NCBI RefSeq assembly: GCF_029626145.1
Contig: NZ_JARUBJ010000002.1
Span: 4,712,882 to 4,736,881 of the forward strand
Source of the DNA: Micromonospora sp. WMMD961
Lineage (GTDB): Bacteria; Actinomycetota; Actinomycetes; Mycobacteriales; Micromonosporaceae
Reading direction: 5' to 3'
Length of the DNA stretch: 24,000 bases
This document shows, in pieces, positions 9,900-21,674 of this stretch (within the stretch, counting starts at the first letter, position 1; every line of letters starts with the position of its first letter). The notes beneath the pieces are model-generated. The model was not told the DNA's origin. It searched no databases and was given only the letters and a program-made list of their open reading frames with translations. Made by a program: the position numbers and the translations under genes.

Positions 9900-9935
9900 C
9901 CCTGATCCCCAGCACCAACGAACGGAGGATGAACA

Positions 9936-10616
9936 GTGCGTTCACACCAGTTAGGTCAACCCGGCGGACCGTCCCGGTCGACAATCCGTCGGTCGCTCCA
10001 GGCGCTCGTCCTGCTGTTCGCGATGGTGGTCGGCACGCTGCCGTTCACCGGAGCCGCCCAGGCTCACGGCACCATCATCAACCCGGCGAGTCGGGCCTAT
10101 CAGTGCTGGAAGACCTGGGGCAACCAGCACATGAACCCGGCCATGCAGCAGCAGGACCCGATGTGTTACCAGGCCTTCCAGTCCAACCCCGACACCATGT
10201 GGAACTGGATGAGCCAGCTGCGCGACGGCCTCGCCGGCCAGTTCCAGGCCCGCACCCCGGACGGGCAGCTCTGCAGCAACGGCCTCTCCCGGAACAACTC
10301 CCTCAACCAGCTGGGAGCCTGGAAGGCGACGACCGTCAGCAGCAACTTCACGGTCCAGCTGTACGACCAGGCCAGCCACGGAGCTGACTACTTCCGGGTG
10401 TACGTCACCAAGCAGGGCTTCAACCCGGCCACGCAGCAGCTCGGCTGGGGCAACCTCGACCTGGTCGCTACCACCGGGCGGTACGCGCCGGCGCAGAACA
10501 TCTCGTTCAACGTCTCGGCGTCCGGACGCAGCGGGAACCACATCCTGTTCGTGATCTGGAAGGCGTCCCACATGGACCAGACCTACATGTGGTGCAGCGA
10601 CATCAGAATCGCCTGA
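9936..10616 (+). CDS. Lytic polysaccharide monooxygenase, AA10 (single-domain, secreted).
   Basis: GTG start with SD GGAGG 7 nt upstream. The signal peptide ends AQA, exposing N-terminal His (HGTIINPASRAYQCWKTWG). Also ADYFRVYVTKQGFNP and HILFVIWKASHMDQTYMWCSD, typical of the Streptomyces cellulose-active AA10 clade. Confidence 0.9.
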   Translation: MRSHQLGQPGGPSRSTIRRSLQALVLLFAMVVGTLPFTGAAQAHGTIINPASRAYQCWKTWGNQHMNPAMQQQDPMCYQAFQSNPDTMWNWMSQLRDGLAGQFQARTPDGQLCSNGLSRNNSLNQLGAWKATTVSSNFTVQLYDQASHGADYFRVYVTKQGFNPATQQLGWGNLDLVATTGRYAPAQNISFNVSASGRSGNHILFVIWKASHMDQTYMWCSDIRIA

Positions 10617-10634
10617 TCAGCGACACGGCACCAC

Positions 10635-10666
10635 TCCGGCCCAGGGCGTCGTCGTCCTGGGCCGGA
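10635..10666. terminator. Bidirectional terminator hairpin between the convergent LPMO and AlaX-like genes.
   Basis: tccggcccagg / 10-nt loop / cctgggccgga, a perfect 11-bp stem lying between stop 10616 (+) and stop 10674 (-). Confidence 0.65.
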
Positions 10667-10673
10667 TCCTCTG

Positions 10674-11417
10674 TCAGGAACCGAGCTTGATCCGGACCCG
10701 GCGATTCTGCCGGCCCTTGCTCTCGACCTTGGTGACGGTCACCCGACCGATCTGGCCGGTCGAGGCCACGTGGGTGCCCCCGTCGGCCTGCACGTCGAGC
10801 CCGACGATGTCCACCACCCGCACCTGGGGCAGATCCGGTGGTGCCGTGAACTGCGTCCGCACCAGATCGGGGGTGGCGTTCGCCTCGTCCCGGGAGAGCA
10901 TCCGAACGACGATCTTGCGGTCCGCGGCGATCTCGGCGTTCACCGCGTCCTCCAGGGTCTGCTTGAAACCCGGCGGGACCTCCGGCAGGTTGAAGTCCAT
11001 CCGGGCCTCGCCGGGCTCCATGTTGCCACCGGTCACCAGCACGTTGAAGTCGCGGAAGACGGTGCCACAGAGCACGTGCAGGCCCGAGTGGGTACGCATG
11101 AGCGAGGTACGACGATCGTCGTCGATCGCCCCGGTCACTGTGGTGCCGACCGCGGGCACCGGATCCCCGGGCGCAGGCAACAGGTAGAGGTCGTCGCCCT
11201 TGCGGGTGCCGACGATCCGCGTCTGCACACCCTGCCAGATCAGCACGCCGTGGTCCGGCGGCTGGCCGCCGCCGCCCGGGTAGAACGCGGATCGGTCCAG
11301 CACGATGCCCTGCTCCGGATCAGTGGGATCCGACCACACGACGGTGCAGTCCCATGTCCGGAGTGTCACATCTTCCCAGTCCAGCCGTTGGGTCCGGCCG
11401 TGATGATCAATACCCAT
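10674..11417 (-). CDS. AlaX-like Ala/Thr-tRNA editing-domain protein (AlaX-M type).
   Basis: FYPGGGGQPPDHG, the HxxxH motif (THSGLHVL), and a second motif DGGTHV followed by STGQIG. Size and order match free-standing AlaRS editing-domain homologs. No SD is evident upstream of the ATG. Confidence 0.82.
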   Translation of the reverse strand: MGIDHHGRTQRLDWEDVTLRTWDCTVVWSDPTDPEQGIVLDRSAFYPGGGGQPPDHGVLIWQGVQTRIVGTRKGDDLYLLPAPGDPVPAVGTTVTGAIDDDRRTSLMRTHSGLHVLCGTVFRDFNVLVTGGNMEPGEARMDFNLPEVPPGFKQTLEDAVNAEIAADRKIVVRMLSRDEANATPDLVRTQFTAPPDLPQVRVVDIVGLDVQADGGTHVASTGQIGRVTVTKVESKGRQNRRVRIKLGS

Positions 11418-11472
11418 AGGTTGATGGGAGGGCGGCCGTCGGCGGCGCCACTCCGTCCCCCTTCAGCGCTCG

Positions 11473-11520
11473 CGTGGTCTTCTCGACCACGATTATTCGT
11501 GCGTCGTACACCGAGGACAA
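11473..11520 (-). promoter_or_regulatory. Candidate sigma-70-type promoter plus a TSS-proximal inverted repeat for the AlaX-like gene.
   Basis: Read on the minus strand: TTGTCC - 17 nt - AATAAT, immediately followed by CGTGGTC-gagaa-GACCACG (perfect 7-bp IR). Confidence 0.4.
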
Positions 11521-11602
11521 ACACCCGGTGACGCTCAATGATCGGGCGCCCTCCACCTGGAGACCCCGCCTGTCACTCCCCCGGCCCGGGCCCGACGCTG
11601 CC

Positions 11603-12103
11603 TCAGGCCGACCGCTGGGCGGTGTCTCCGCTGCGCAGGCGGTCCAACTCGGCGAGGTACATCGCCTGCATGCGGTCGTAGTGCCGGACCAGCAGCGTGA
11701 CCTCCTCGTCGCGGTAGCCCTCGATGAGCCGCTCGGCCCGCTCGGCGAACCGCTCGTACGGTCGCGTCACCTCGGGGATCCGCTCCGGACGTAGGGTGAC
11801 GATCACCCGCCGCCGGTCCGCCGGATCGCGCTCGGCCGTCACGTAGCCCGCCTGCTGGAGCCGGCGCAGCATGCTGGTCACCGCCCCGGTGGTGAGGTTG
11901 GTCCGCTCGGCGACCTGCCCCGCGGTGGCGGATCCGACGTCTGCCAGGTAGTCCAGGCACTCCAGGTCGCTCACGGTCAGGCCCAGCCGCTCCGCGATGG
12001 CGTTTCGGAACACCATGGACAGCCGCGACATCTCCCGCCCGGCGCGCATGAGGTCGGCGATCGCGGACGCACGGGCCGGCTCGTCGGACATGCCCGCAAT
12101 CAT
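11603..12103 (-). CDS. MarR-family transcriptional regulator.
   Basis: 166 aa with winged HTH ATAGQVAERTNLTTGAVTSMLRRLQQAGYVTAERDPADRRRVIVTL. Its ATG overlaps the upstream monooxygenase stop in an ATGA arrangement (12100-12103). The track ORF 11603..12595 is an artefactual N-terminal extension. Confidence 0.88.
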   Translation of the reverse strand: MIAGMSDEPARASAIADLMRAGREMSRLSMVFRNAIAERLGLTVSDLECLDYLADVGSATAGQVAERTNLTTGAVTSMLRRLQQAGYVTAERDPADRRRVIVTLRPERIPEVTRPYERFAERAERLIEGYRDEEVTLLVRHYDRMQAMYLAELDRLRSGDTAQRSA

Positions 12104-13347
12104 GCCTCCGGCACGGTGACCCGGTGCAGCCGAGGTAACACGCGGGTCAGCACCCAGTGGGGTGCGACCGCGCCCCCGGTGAGGCGGCGCATCAGCCCGG
12201 CGGCGGTGTCGACGGCACGGAAGGCGTAGGGCACCATCTCCTCCTGGTAGCTGGCGATGGCCTCCTCCACCGGCGTGCCGCCCGCCCGGGCCTCGACCAG
12301 CCGGCGGCCGAGCAGCGCGGCGTCGCGCAGCGCCGTGTTGCCACCGTGGGCGCCGAACGGCGGCATGACGTGCACGGCGTCGCCCATCATCGTCGCCCGG
12401 GGCACCGCCCACCGGCGCGGGCGGCGGCCGGTTGCGAAGAGGTTGAGCACCGTGGCGTCCAGCTCGGCCGTGCCGACCAGCCGCCGGATGACCGGGTGGA
12501 AGTCCGCACTCATCCGGGAGGCCAGTCGCCACAGCGCCAGCAGGTCCCCGCGGACGCCGGTGGGCACCTCCTCCTGCCGCAGCAGCAGTCCCCACATGAC
12601 GTAGTCGTAGCCGGTGGGCGCATAGGTGCCCGGGGCCAGGCGCGCGAACGCCTCCTGCGGGCTCTCACCGAACCGCATGGAGGTGAAGAAGAAGGCGCGG
12701 CCCGGTCGGTCGGCGATGGCCAGGACCCCGCTGGTACGCAGCGCGTCCGGGATGACGGTCTCGCCGTTGCGCCGCAGGGGCGACCGTCCGTAGATGCCTG
12801 CCATCGGGGTGTTCGCCGGGTCCGCGTCCGGCATGAGCTGCGCGCGCAGCGCCGAGCCGACGCCGTCGGCGCCCACGACGACGGTTGCCGCGGCGGCCCC
12901 GCCGTCGGAGAACCGCAGCCGCAGCCCGGTCGGGCCGCCGTTGTCCGCCGCGACGGCTTCCTTGCCGTAGTGGATGCGCCCGTCCAGCCCGGACTGCAGG
13001 ATCGACCGCAGGGTCAGCCGGTCGACCTGGCGGGTCGCATGCGGCTCGTCCTTGAAGGTGATGGTGAACGCGTCCCGCAGCCGGCTGTCGGTGAAGCGTA
13101 GCTGCCCGCCGGGCTCGTCGCCGGTGGTCAGCGCCAGGTTGTACAGCTGGCGGGGCAGGCTCTCGCGCAGCGCCTGCAGCCCGTACCGGTCGAGGATGAT
13201 CCGGTAGCCCTGCCGCCGGACGAAGGGGCCCGGGTCCCGCTCGTAGACGTGCACGTCGATGCCGGCGCGCGTCAGGTACTGGGCGAGGCAGAGGCCGGAG
13301 AGGCCCGCGCCGGCGATCGCTACCGAGAAGTCTGTCGATATGCCCAT
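12100..13347 (-). CDS. FAD-dependent (group A flavoprotein) monooxygenase.
   Basis: N-terminal dinucleotide fold VAIAGAGLSGLCLAQYL..VHVYER, plus VVGADGVGSALR and GDAVHVMPPFGAHGGNTALRDA motifs. Substrate unknown. Confidence 0.88.
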   Translation of the reverse strand: MGISTDFSVAIAGAGLSGLCLAQYLTRAGIDVHVYERDPGPFVRRQGYRIILDRYGLQALRESLPRQLYNLALTTGDEPGGQLRFTDSRLRDAFTITFKDEPHATRQVDRLTLRSILQSGLDGRIHYGKEAVAADNGGPTGLRLRFSDGGAAAATVVVGADGVGSALRAQLMPDADPANTPMAGIYGRSPLRRNGETVIPDALRTSGVLAIADRPGRAFFFTSMRFGESPQEAFARLAPGTYAPTGYDYVMWGLLLRQEEVPTGVRGDLLALWRLASRMSADFHPVIRRLVGTAELDATVLNLFATGRRPRRWAVPRATMMGDAVHVMPPFGAHGGNTALRDAALLGRRLVEARAGGTPVEEAIASYQEEMVPYAFRAVDTAAGLMRRLTGGAVAPHWVLTRVLPRLHRVTVPEA

Positions 13348-13349
13348 GC

Positions 13350-13381
13350 AATTATCTTAACGACTAAGATGATTTGGGCAA
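13350..13381 (-). promoter_or_regulatory. Promoter of a probably leaderless monooxygenase-marR transcript, with an overlapping palindromic operator.
   Basis: Read on the minus strand: TTGCCC - 16 nt - TAAGAT - aattgc - ATG, with no SD, so the predicted TSS falls at or next to the A of the start codon. The palindrome AATtATCTTA-acgac-TAAGATgATT (13350-13374, 9 of 10 arm pairs) covers the -10 box. Confidence 0.55.
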
Positions 13382-13416
13382 GGTGGCCCGGCTGCCGCCG
13401 AGGAGCCGCGCACGCC

Positions 13417-13455
13417 CCGGAGGGGACGGCGAGTGGTCCCCGCCGTCCCCTCCGG
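13417..13455 (-). terminator. Terminator hairpin downstream of the acylase gene.
   Basis: ccggaggggacggcg / 9-nt loop / cgccgtcccctccgg, a perfect 15-bp stem starting 7 nt after the TGA stop (13462-13464). Confidence 0.7.
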
Positions 13456-13461
13456 GCTAGG

Positions 13462-16400
13462 TCATCGTGCGTACAGCTCGAATTCGTAGAGCGAGAACCC
13501 GTACGAGGTCGCCCGCTTGACCCCGTACACCCGCACGTAGCGGGCGGCGACCGGGGCGAAGGTGGCGTTGTCGACGCCGCCGTTGCCGGCGGTGGTGGTG
13601 AACACCGGCGTCCAGGAGCTGCCATCGCCGGAGACCTCGATCCGGTACGAGGTGGCGTAGGCGGACTCCCAGCGCAGCACCGCCCGGCTGACGGTGCGGG
13701 CCGCCCCGAGGTCGACCCGGATCCACTGGTTGTCGTTGTAGCTGCTGGCCCAGCGGCTGCTCAGGCTGCCGTCGACTGCCTTGGCCGGGGTGTGGCTGGT
13801 CAGGAACTGGGTGCTCGACGCGGTGGTCGGGCGACCCTGGGCCAGGTTGGTGACGTCCTCGCCCCGGCGTGCCGGGAACGAGACGACCTGCTGGTAGGTG
13901 GGGCGGTTCTGCCAGGCGATCAGCGGGTGGGTGATGCCGCCGAGCCCGGACTGGGCGATCGAGTCGGCGCACCACTGATCGCCAGCCCCGCAGGACTTGT
14001 CGCCCGGGTAGACAGTGGTGCCCGGCACCGCGGCGGCCTGGCCGAGCGTGTCCAGCATGGCCTGCCGGCACGCGCCGAGGCTGCCGTCGCCGCAGTACGC
14101 GCGGCCCAGCCCACCGGCGACGGGGTCGCCGAGCACGGTACGCAGGTCCTTGTCGACGTAGCCCCACCAGCCGTGCTGGAACGACGAGCCCTTGTGTGCC
14201 TGCCCCTGCAACGCCCAGCTCACGGTGCCGTCGCGCGCACCGTTCTGGCCGCCCGACGGCGCCTCGTTCACCTCGATGGCGTCGACCAGCGCGGCGTACA
14301 CATCCGGCCCGAGTCCGGGGCGGAACTGCGCCGAGGCCAGCAGCGGCCACCAGGCGTCGAAGATCCGGATCGCGTCCGCGTGCTGGTAGACCTTGGAGCC
14401 GGGGGACGTCTCCACCCGCCGGGCACCGGCCTGCTGCCAGGCCCGCAGCTTGCCGACGGCGTCGGCCAGCGCCGGGTCGGTGACCGGTGCGCTGTCCAGC
14501 ACCCGCAGCAGGTCGGGAAGGACCTGCTGGCCGCGCAGGTCGGTCACCGCCGCGTCCGCCACGATCTTCACGACGTCGGCGCGGCCGAGCTTGCGCTGGG
14601 CGATCGCGGCGCGCACCGGGCCGTCGAGCAGCTGACCCCGGTGTACGGAGCCGAAGCTGAAGTTGCCGTCCGCCGCCCCGAAGTCCTTCGCCTGCTTGTT
14701 GTTCCAACTGACGTAGTAGTCCTGGTTGACCGACTGCGGATGCGCCGACGACGGGGTGTAGCTGGCGTCGTTGGTGTCCGGGTTCCAGCCGACCCACTCG
14801 TACGCCGGCTCGGCCTTGGTGGGCAGGTTCGGGTCGGCGGTGGCGGGCCGCACCGGGTTGGAGCCGGAGTTGTAGTACGCGGCCTCGGTCGAGTTGACGT
14901 AGAACCAGTTGAACGCGTACCCGACGCTGGCCGCGGACGCCTGGAAGGCCGCCGCGCTGCCCATCGCCGACGGGTCGTTGTAGGCCTGGAAGCCGATCGC
15001 CGAGTCGGCCTCGTGCCGGTAGGTGGAGCGCAGCTTGGTGAACGCCGTCGGCTGCCCGTTCACCAGGCCCCGGTAGGCCACCAGCCCGTACTTGGTGCGC
15101 AGCGCGCGCAGGGTGTACGAGCCGGCCGGAGTGGAGTCGGCGAGCGTCGGGGACCAGGAGTTGCGCTGCTCCAGCGCCTCCATGGCGAGACACTGCCCGT
15201 GGTAGAGGTAGCGGTTGGACCGCAGCGTCGGTGCGCTGCCGTCGGTGGTGCACAGCGGCACCGCGTACGTGTCGGTCAGGTCCTGGGAGGCCGACGTGGC
15301 GCTCCACGCGTAGTCCTGGCCCCGGCCGAGCAGCACGTACAGGTTGAGCCCGGCGAACGCCGCGCCACGCGCGCTGATCCCGGGCCCCTGCAACTCCTGG
15401 AGCATCAGCAGTTGCGGGGCGAAGTAGCCGGTCTGCGGGCCGAACACGGCCACCGGGTTGCCGGTGGTGGTGTGCTGTCCGGAGACCACGACCGCGTTGG
15501 ACATGCCGTGCGCGCGCAGGTTGGCCAGGCCGCCGAGCAGGTCCTTGGTGGCGGTGCTGGCGCCGGTGCGGGACGCGGCCCCGCCGGTGGCGTCGTAGGC
15601 GAGGGGCTCGGCGACCACCGTCCCGGCGTCGGGCAGCACCGCGCTGGTCGCGCCCGGCGACGTCGCCCCGTACGGGAAGCTCTGCCCGTCGTGCAGGGTG
15701 AGCACGGTCTCCGGGTCGTTCTGCGACCGGAACGCCGCCCACACCTTGTCGCCCTCGGTGGCGCCGTACTTGGCCCGGGCGGCGACCCGTACCAGCGCGG
15801 ACTGGATCTCGCTGCCACCGCCACCGCCGAACAGGCCGCCGATCACGCCGGCGGTGGCGATCAGGTCGGTCATGGTGAAGTGCTTCGGCTTGCCGGCGCC
15901 GGCGAGCACGTATTCGCCCGGGTAGTTGTCCTCGGCGATCGACTTGTCGATGTAGGCGTTGATGCCGGCGATGTAGTCGACCACGTCGGTGTAGAGCTGC
16001 TGGCCTCGGGCGCCCTTGGTGCGCAGTGCGTCCACCTGGGCCTGGAGGTCCGCCTCGGTGTACGGCGAGTTGGCCCAGACGCTCTGCTCCAGCTCCCGGT
16101 TGCCCGGCGCGCCGCCGGCGAACGAGGTGACGTTGCCGCGGCCGACATGCCGGAGCAGGTCCATCACCCAGAGCCGGTCCTGGGCTCCGGCGTACCCGGC
16201 GCCGAACATGGTGCCGGCGCGGGTGGTGCCGGTGATGTGCGGGACGCCGGTGGCCCTGTCCCGCACGATGGTGACATCGGCGCGTGGCGAGACGGTGCTC
16301 TCCACCTGCGCGGCCGGGACGCCGAACGAGGCGTCGTTGTAGAAGTGGGCAATCTGCTCGTCGGTCAGCCCGGCGTAGTTGTAGACCAGGTTCGCGTACT

Positions 16401-16647
16401 CGTCGAGCTGGTCGCTGGAGTGCGCCGGGCGGGTGCCGAGCGCCTGGTGCGCCAGGATGGCGACCAGTGTGGCGTTGCCGTTCTGCCCGGGGGGCAGGAT
16501 GTCGGCGCACTGGCCGAGGCAGTAGTCGTTGGCGGCGAACGTGCCGGCGGCCAGCGCCGGTGACGGCGGGGTCACCGTCAGGACGCTCGCGGTCAGGACG
16601 GCGGCGGTGCACGCGGCGAGCCGGTTACGGAGAGCGGTACGGGGCAT
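13462..16647 (-). CDS. Secreted penicillin-acylase-family (Ntn hydrolase) protein with a C-terminal F5/8 type C (discoidin/CBM32-like) domain.
   Basis: SD GGAGGA 6 nt upstream and a signal peptide ending ALAA. Acylase-family N-terminal region (RDRATGVPHITG..FGAGYAGAQDRLWVMD). Candidate autoprocessing nucleophile in HGMSNAVVVSGQHTTTGNPV. The C-terminal ~140 aa (AVDGSLSSRWASSYNDNQWIRVDLG..YRIEVSGDGSSW..RYVRVYG..YSLYEFELY) form the discoidin domain. ORFs 13249..16563 (+) and 13457..16612 (-) are frame shadows. Confidence 0.88.
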   Translation of the reverse strand: MPRTALRNRLAACTAAVLTASVLTVTPPSPALAAGTFAANDYCLGQCADILPPGQNGNATLVAILAHQALGTRPAHSSDQLDEYANLVYNYAGLTDEQIAHFYNDASFGVPAAQVESTVSPRADVTIVRDRATGVPHITGTTRAGTMFGAGYAGAQDRLWVMDLLRHVGRGNVTSFAGGAPGNRELEQSVWANSPYTEADLQAQVDALRTKGARGQQLYTDVVDYIAGINAYIDKSIAEDNYPGEYVLAGAGKPKHFTMTDLIATAGVIGGLFGGGGGSEIQSALVRVAARAKYGATEGDKVWAAFRSQNDPETVLTLHDGQSFPYGATSPGATSAVLPDAGTVVAEPLAYDATGGAASRTGASTATKDLLGGLANLRAHGMSNAVVVSGQHTTTGNPVAVFGPQTGYFAPQLLMLQELQGPGISARGAAFAGLNLYVLLGRGQDYAWSATSASQDLTDTYAVPLCTTDGSAPTLRSNRYLYHGQCLAMEALEQRNSWSPTLADSTPAGSYTLRALRTKYGLVAYRGLVNGQPTAFTKLRSTYRHEADSAIGFQAYNDPSAMGSAAAFQASAASVGYAFNWFYVNSTEAAYYNSGSNPVRPATADPNLPTKAEPAYEWVGWNPDTNDASYTPSSAHPQSVNQDYYVSWNNKQAKDFGAADGNFSFGSVHRGQLLDGPVRAAIAQRKLGRADVVKIVADAAVTDLRGQQVLPDLLRVLDSAPVTDPALADAVGKLRAWQQAGARRVETSPGSKVYQHADAIRIFDAWWPLLASAQFRPGLGPDVYAALVDAIEVNEAPSGGQNGARDGTVSWALQGQAHKGSSFQHGWWGYVDKDLRTVLGDPVAGGLGRAYCGDGSLGACRQAMLDTLGQAAAVPGTTVYPGDKSCGAGDQWCADSIAQSGLGGITHPLIAWQNRPTYQQVVSFPARRGEDVTNLAQGRPTTASSTQFLTSHTPAKAVDGSLSSRWASSYNDNQWIRVDLGAARTVSRAVLRWESAYATSYRIEVSGDGSSWTPVFTTTAGNGGVDNATFAPVAARYVRVYGVKRATSYGFSLYEFELYAR

Positions 16648-17203
16648 GGCGATCCTCCGGGGACGCGGAGTCGGGCCGTTCGGTCACGCCCGGCTGCCGG
16701 TCCCGACGTCTCGCCCTCCGCGCCCGGGCGTTCCACCCGGAGGTGAGAATGACTCATATCGATCTTCGGGCAATGATCGGCGCAGCACCGCCGTCCGGGA
16801 TACCCGTCGTTCACCACGCGCCAATGTCGACCTTTCGCCGCCTTTGGGCGCGGCCGCCGACCAGGCGGGTCAGGGCCGCGCCGGCCAGGGTGAGGGAGAG
16901 CGTTGGTGCCCGACGGCAGCCTCGCCGCCCGTGGACCGCCTCGGCGGTCAGCGCGAGTCGAGTGAAGCGTGGAAGCGTGCCCTTCGCTTCTGCGGCCGAC
17001 GGTAGCTGTTACCGCTAACACCTGGCAAGCCATCGAACTTGGCAACTCGACCGGCGTGCTGCCGGCTTTCGCGAGCCCTACCGCGCAGTCAGTTGATCTC
17101 GATTGGCCGAAGGCGCGACCCCGGCAATTCTGATCCGTAACAGCCCCGAAACTACCGGTTGAGAATCCTGGAACTTTCTGTCAACCTGGGAGCCATCGAT
17201 CGC

Positions 17204-21465
<4,262 letters not shown>

Positions 21466-21531
21466 CCACCACCCCCTCCACACACCACCACACGAGCCAA
21501 AACGACCACCTGAACAAAACCGGACGGAAAA

Positions 21532-21562
21532 GGGCGGGCTCGGCATCACGCCGAGCCCACCC
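21532..21562. terminator. Hairpin between the convergent cutinase-like and PaaX-like genes.
   Basis: gggcgggctcggc / atcac / gccgagcccaccc: 13-nt arms with one mismatch and a perfect 9-bp core. Confidence 0.6.
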
Positions 21563-21674
21563 GCGTCACCCAGACACCGCACCGCACGGTCGGCATCGGG
21601 CAGCTTCCGACCTCGTCGGAGCGGTCGATTTCATACTGGCCTCGCCGTCGGCCGATCCGCGCGAGCCGGTCACC

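Noticed and set aside
13249-16612. 1104-aa (+) and 1051-aa (-) ORFs co-extensive with the acylase gene.
   Set aside because: Both translate to Arg/Gly/Pro/His-rich junk. The 13462..16647 frame has the signal peptide, acylase motifs and discoidin domain.
16749-17018. 90-codon + strand ORF (MTHIDLRAMIGAAPPSG..) with a good SD (GGAGGTGAGA-ATG) in the large intergenic region.
   Set aside because: The product is very Arg-rich (pI-extreme) with no hydrophobic core pattern. By eye, third-position GC is clearly lower than in neighbouring genes, and I recognise no family. Ribosome profiling or conservation could revive it.
17186-17192. TGGGAGC half of the CebR box upstream of the xylanase gene.
   Set aside because: The partner half (GCTCCCA) is absent: the sequence continues CATCGAT. 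A 7-mer alone is not evidence of an operator.
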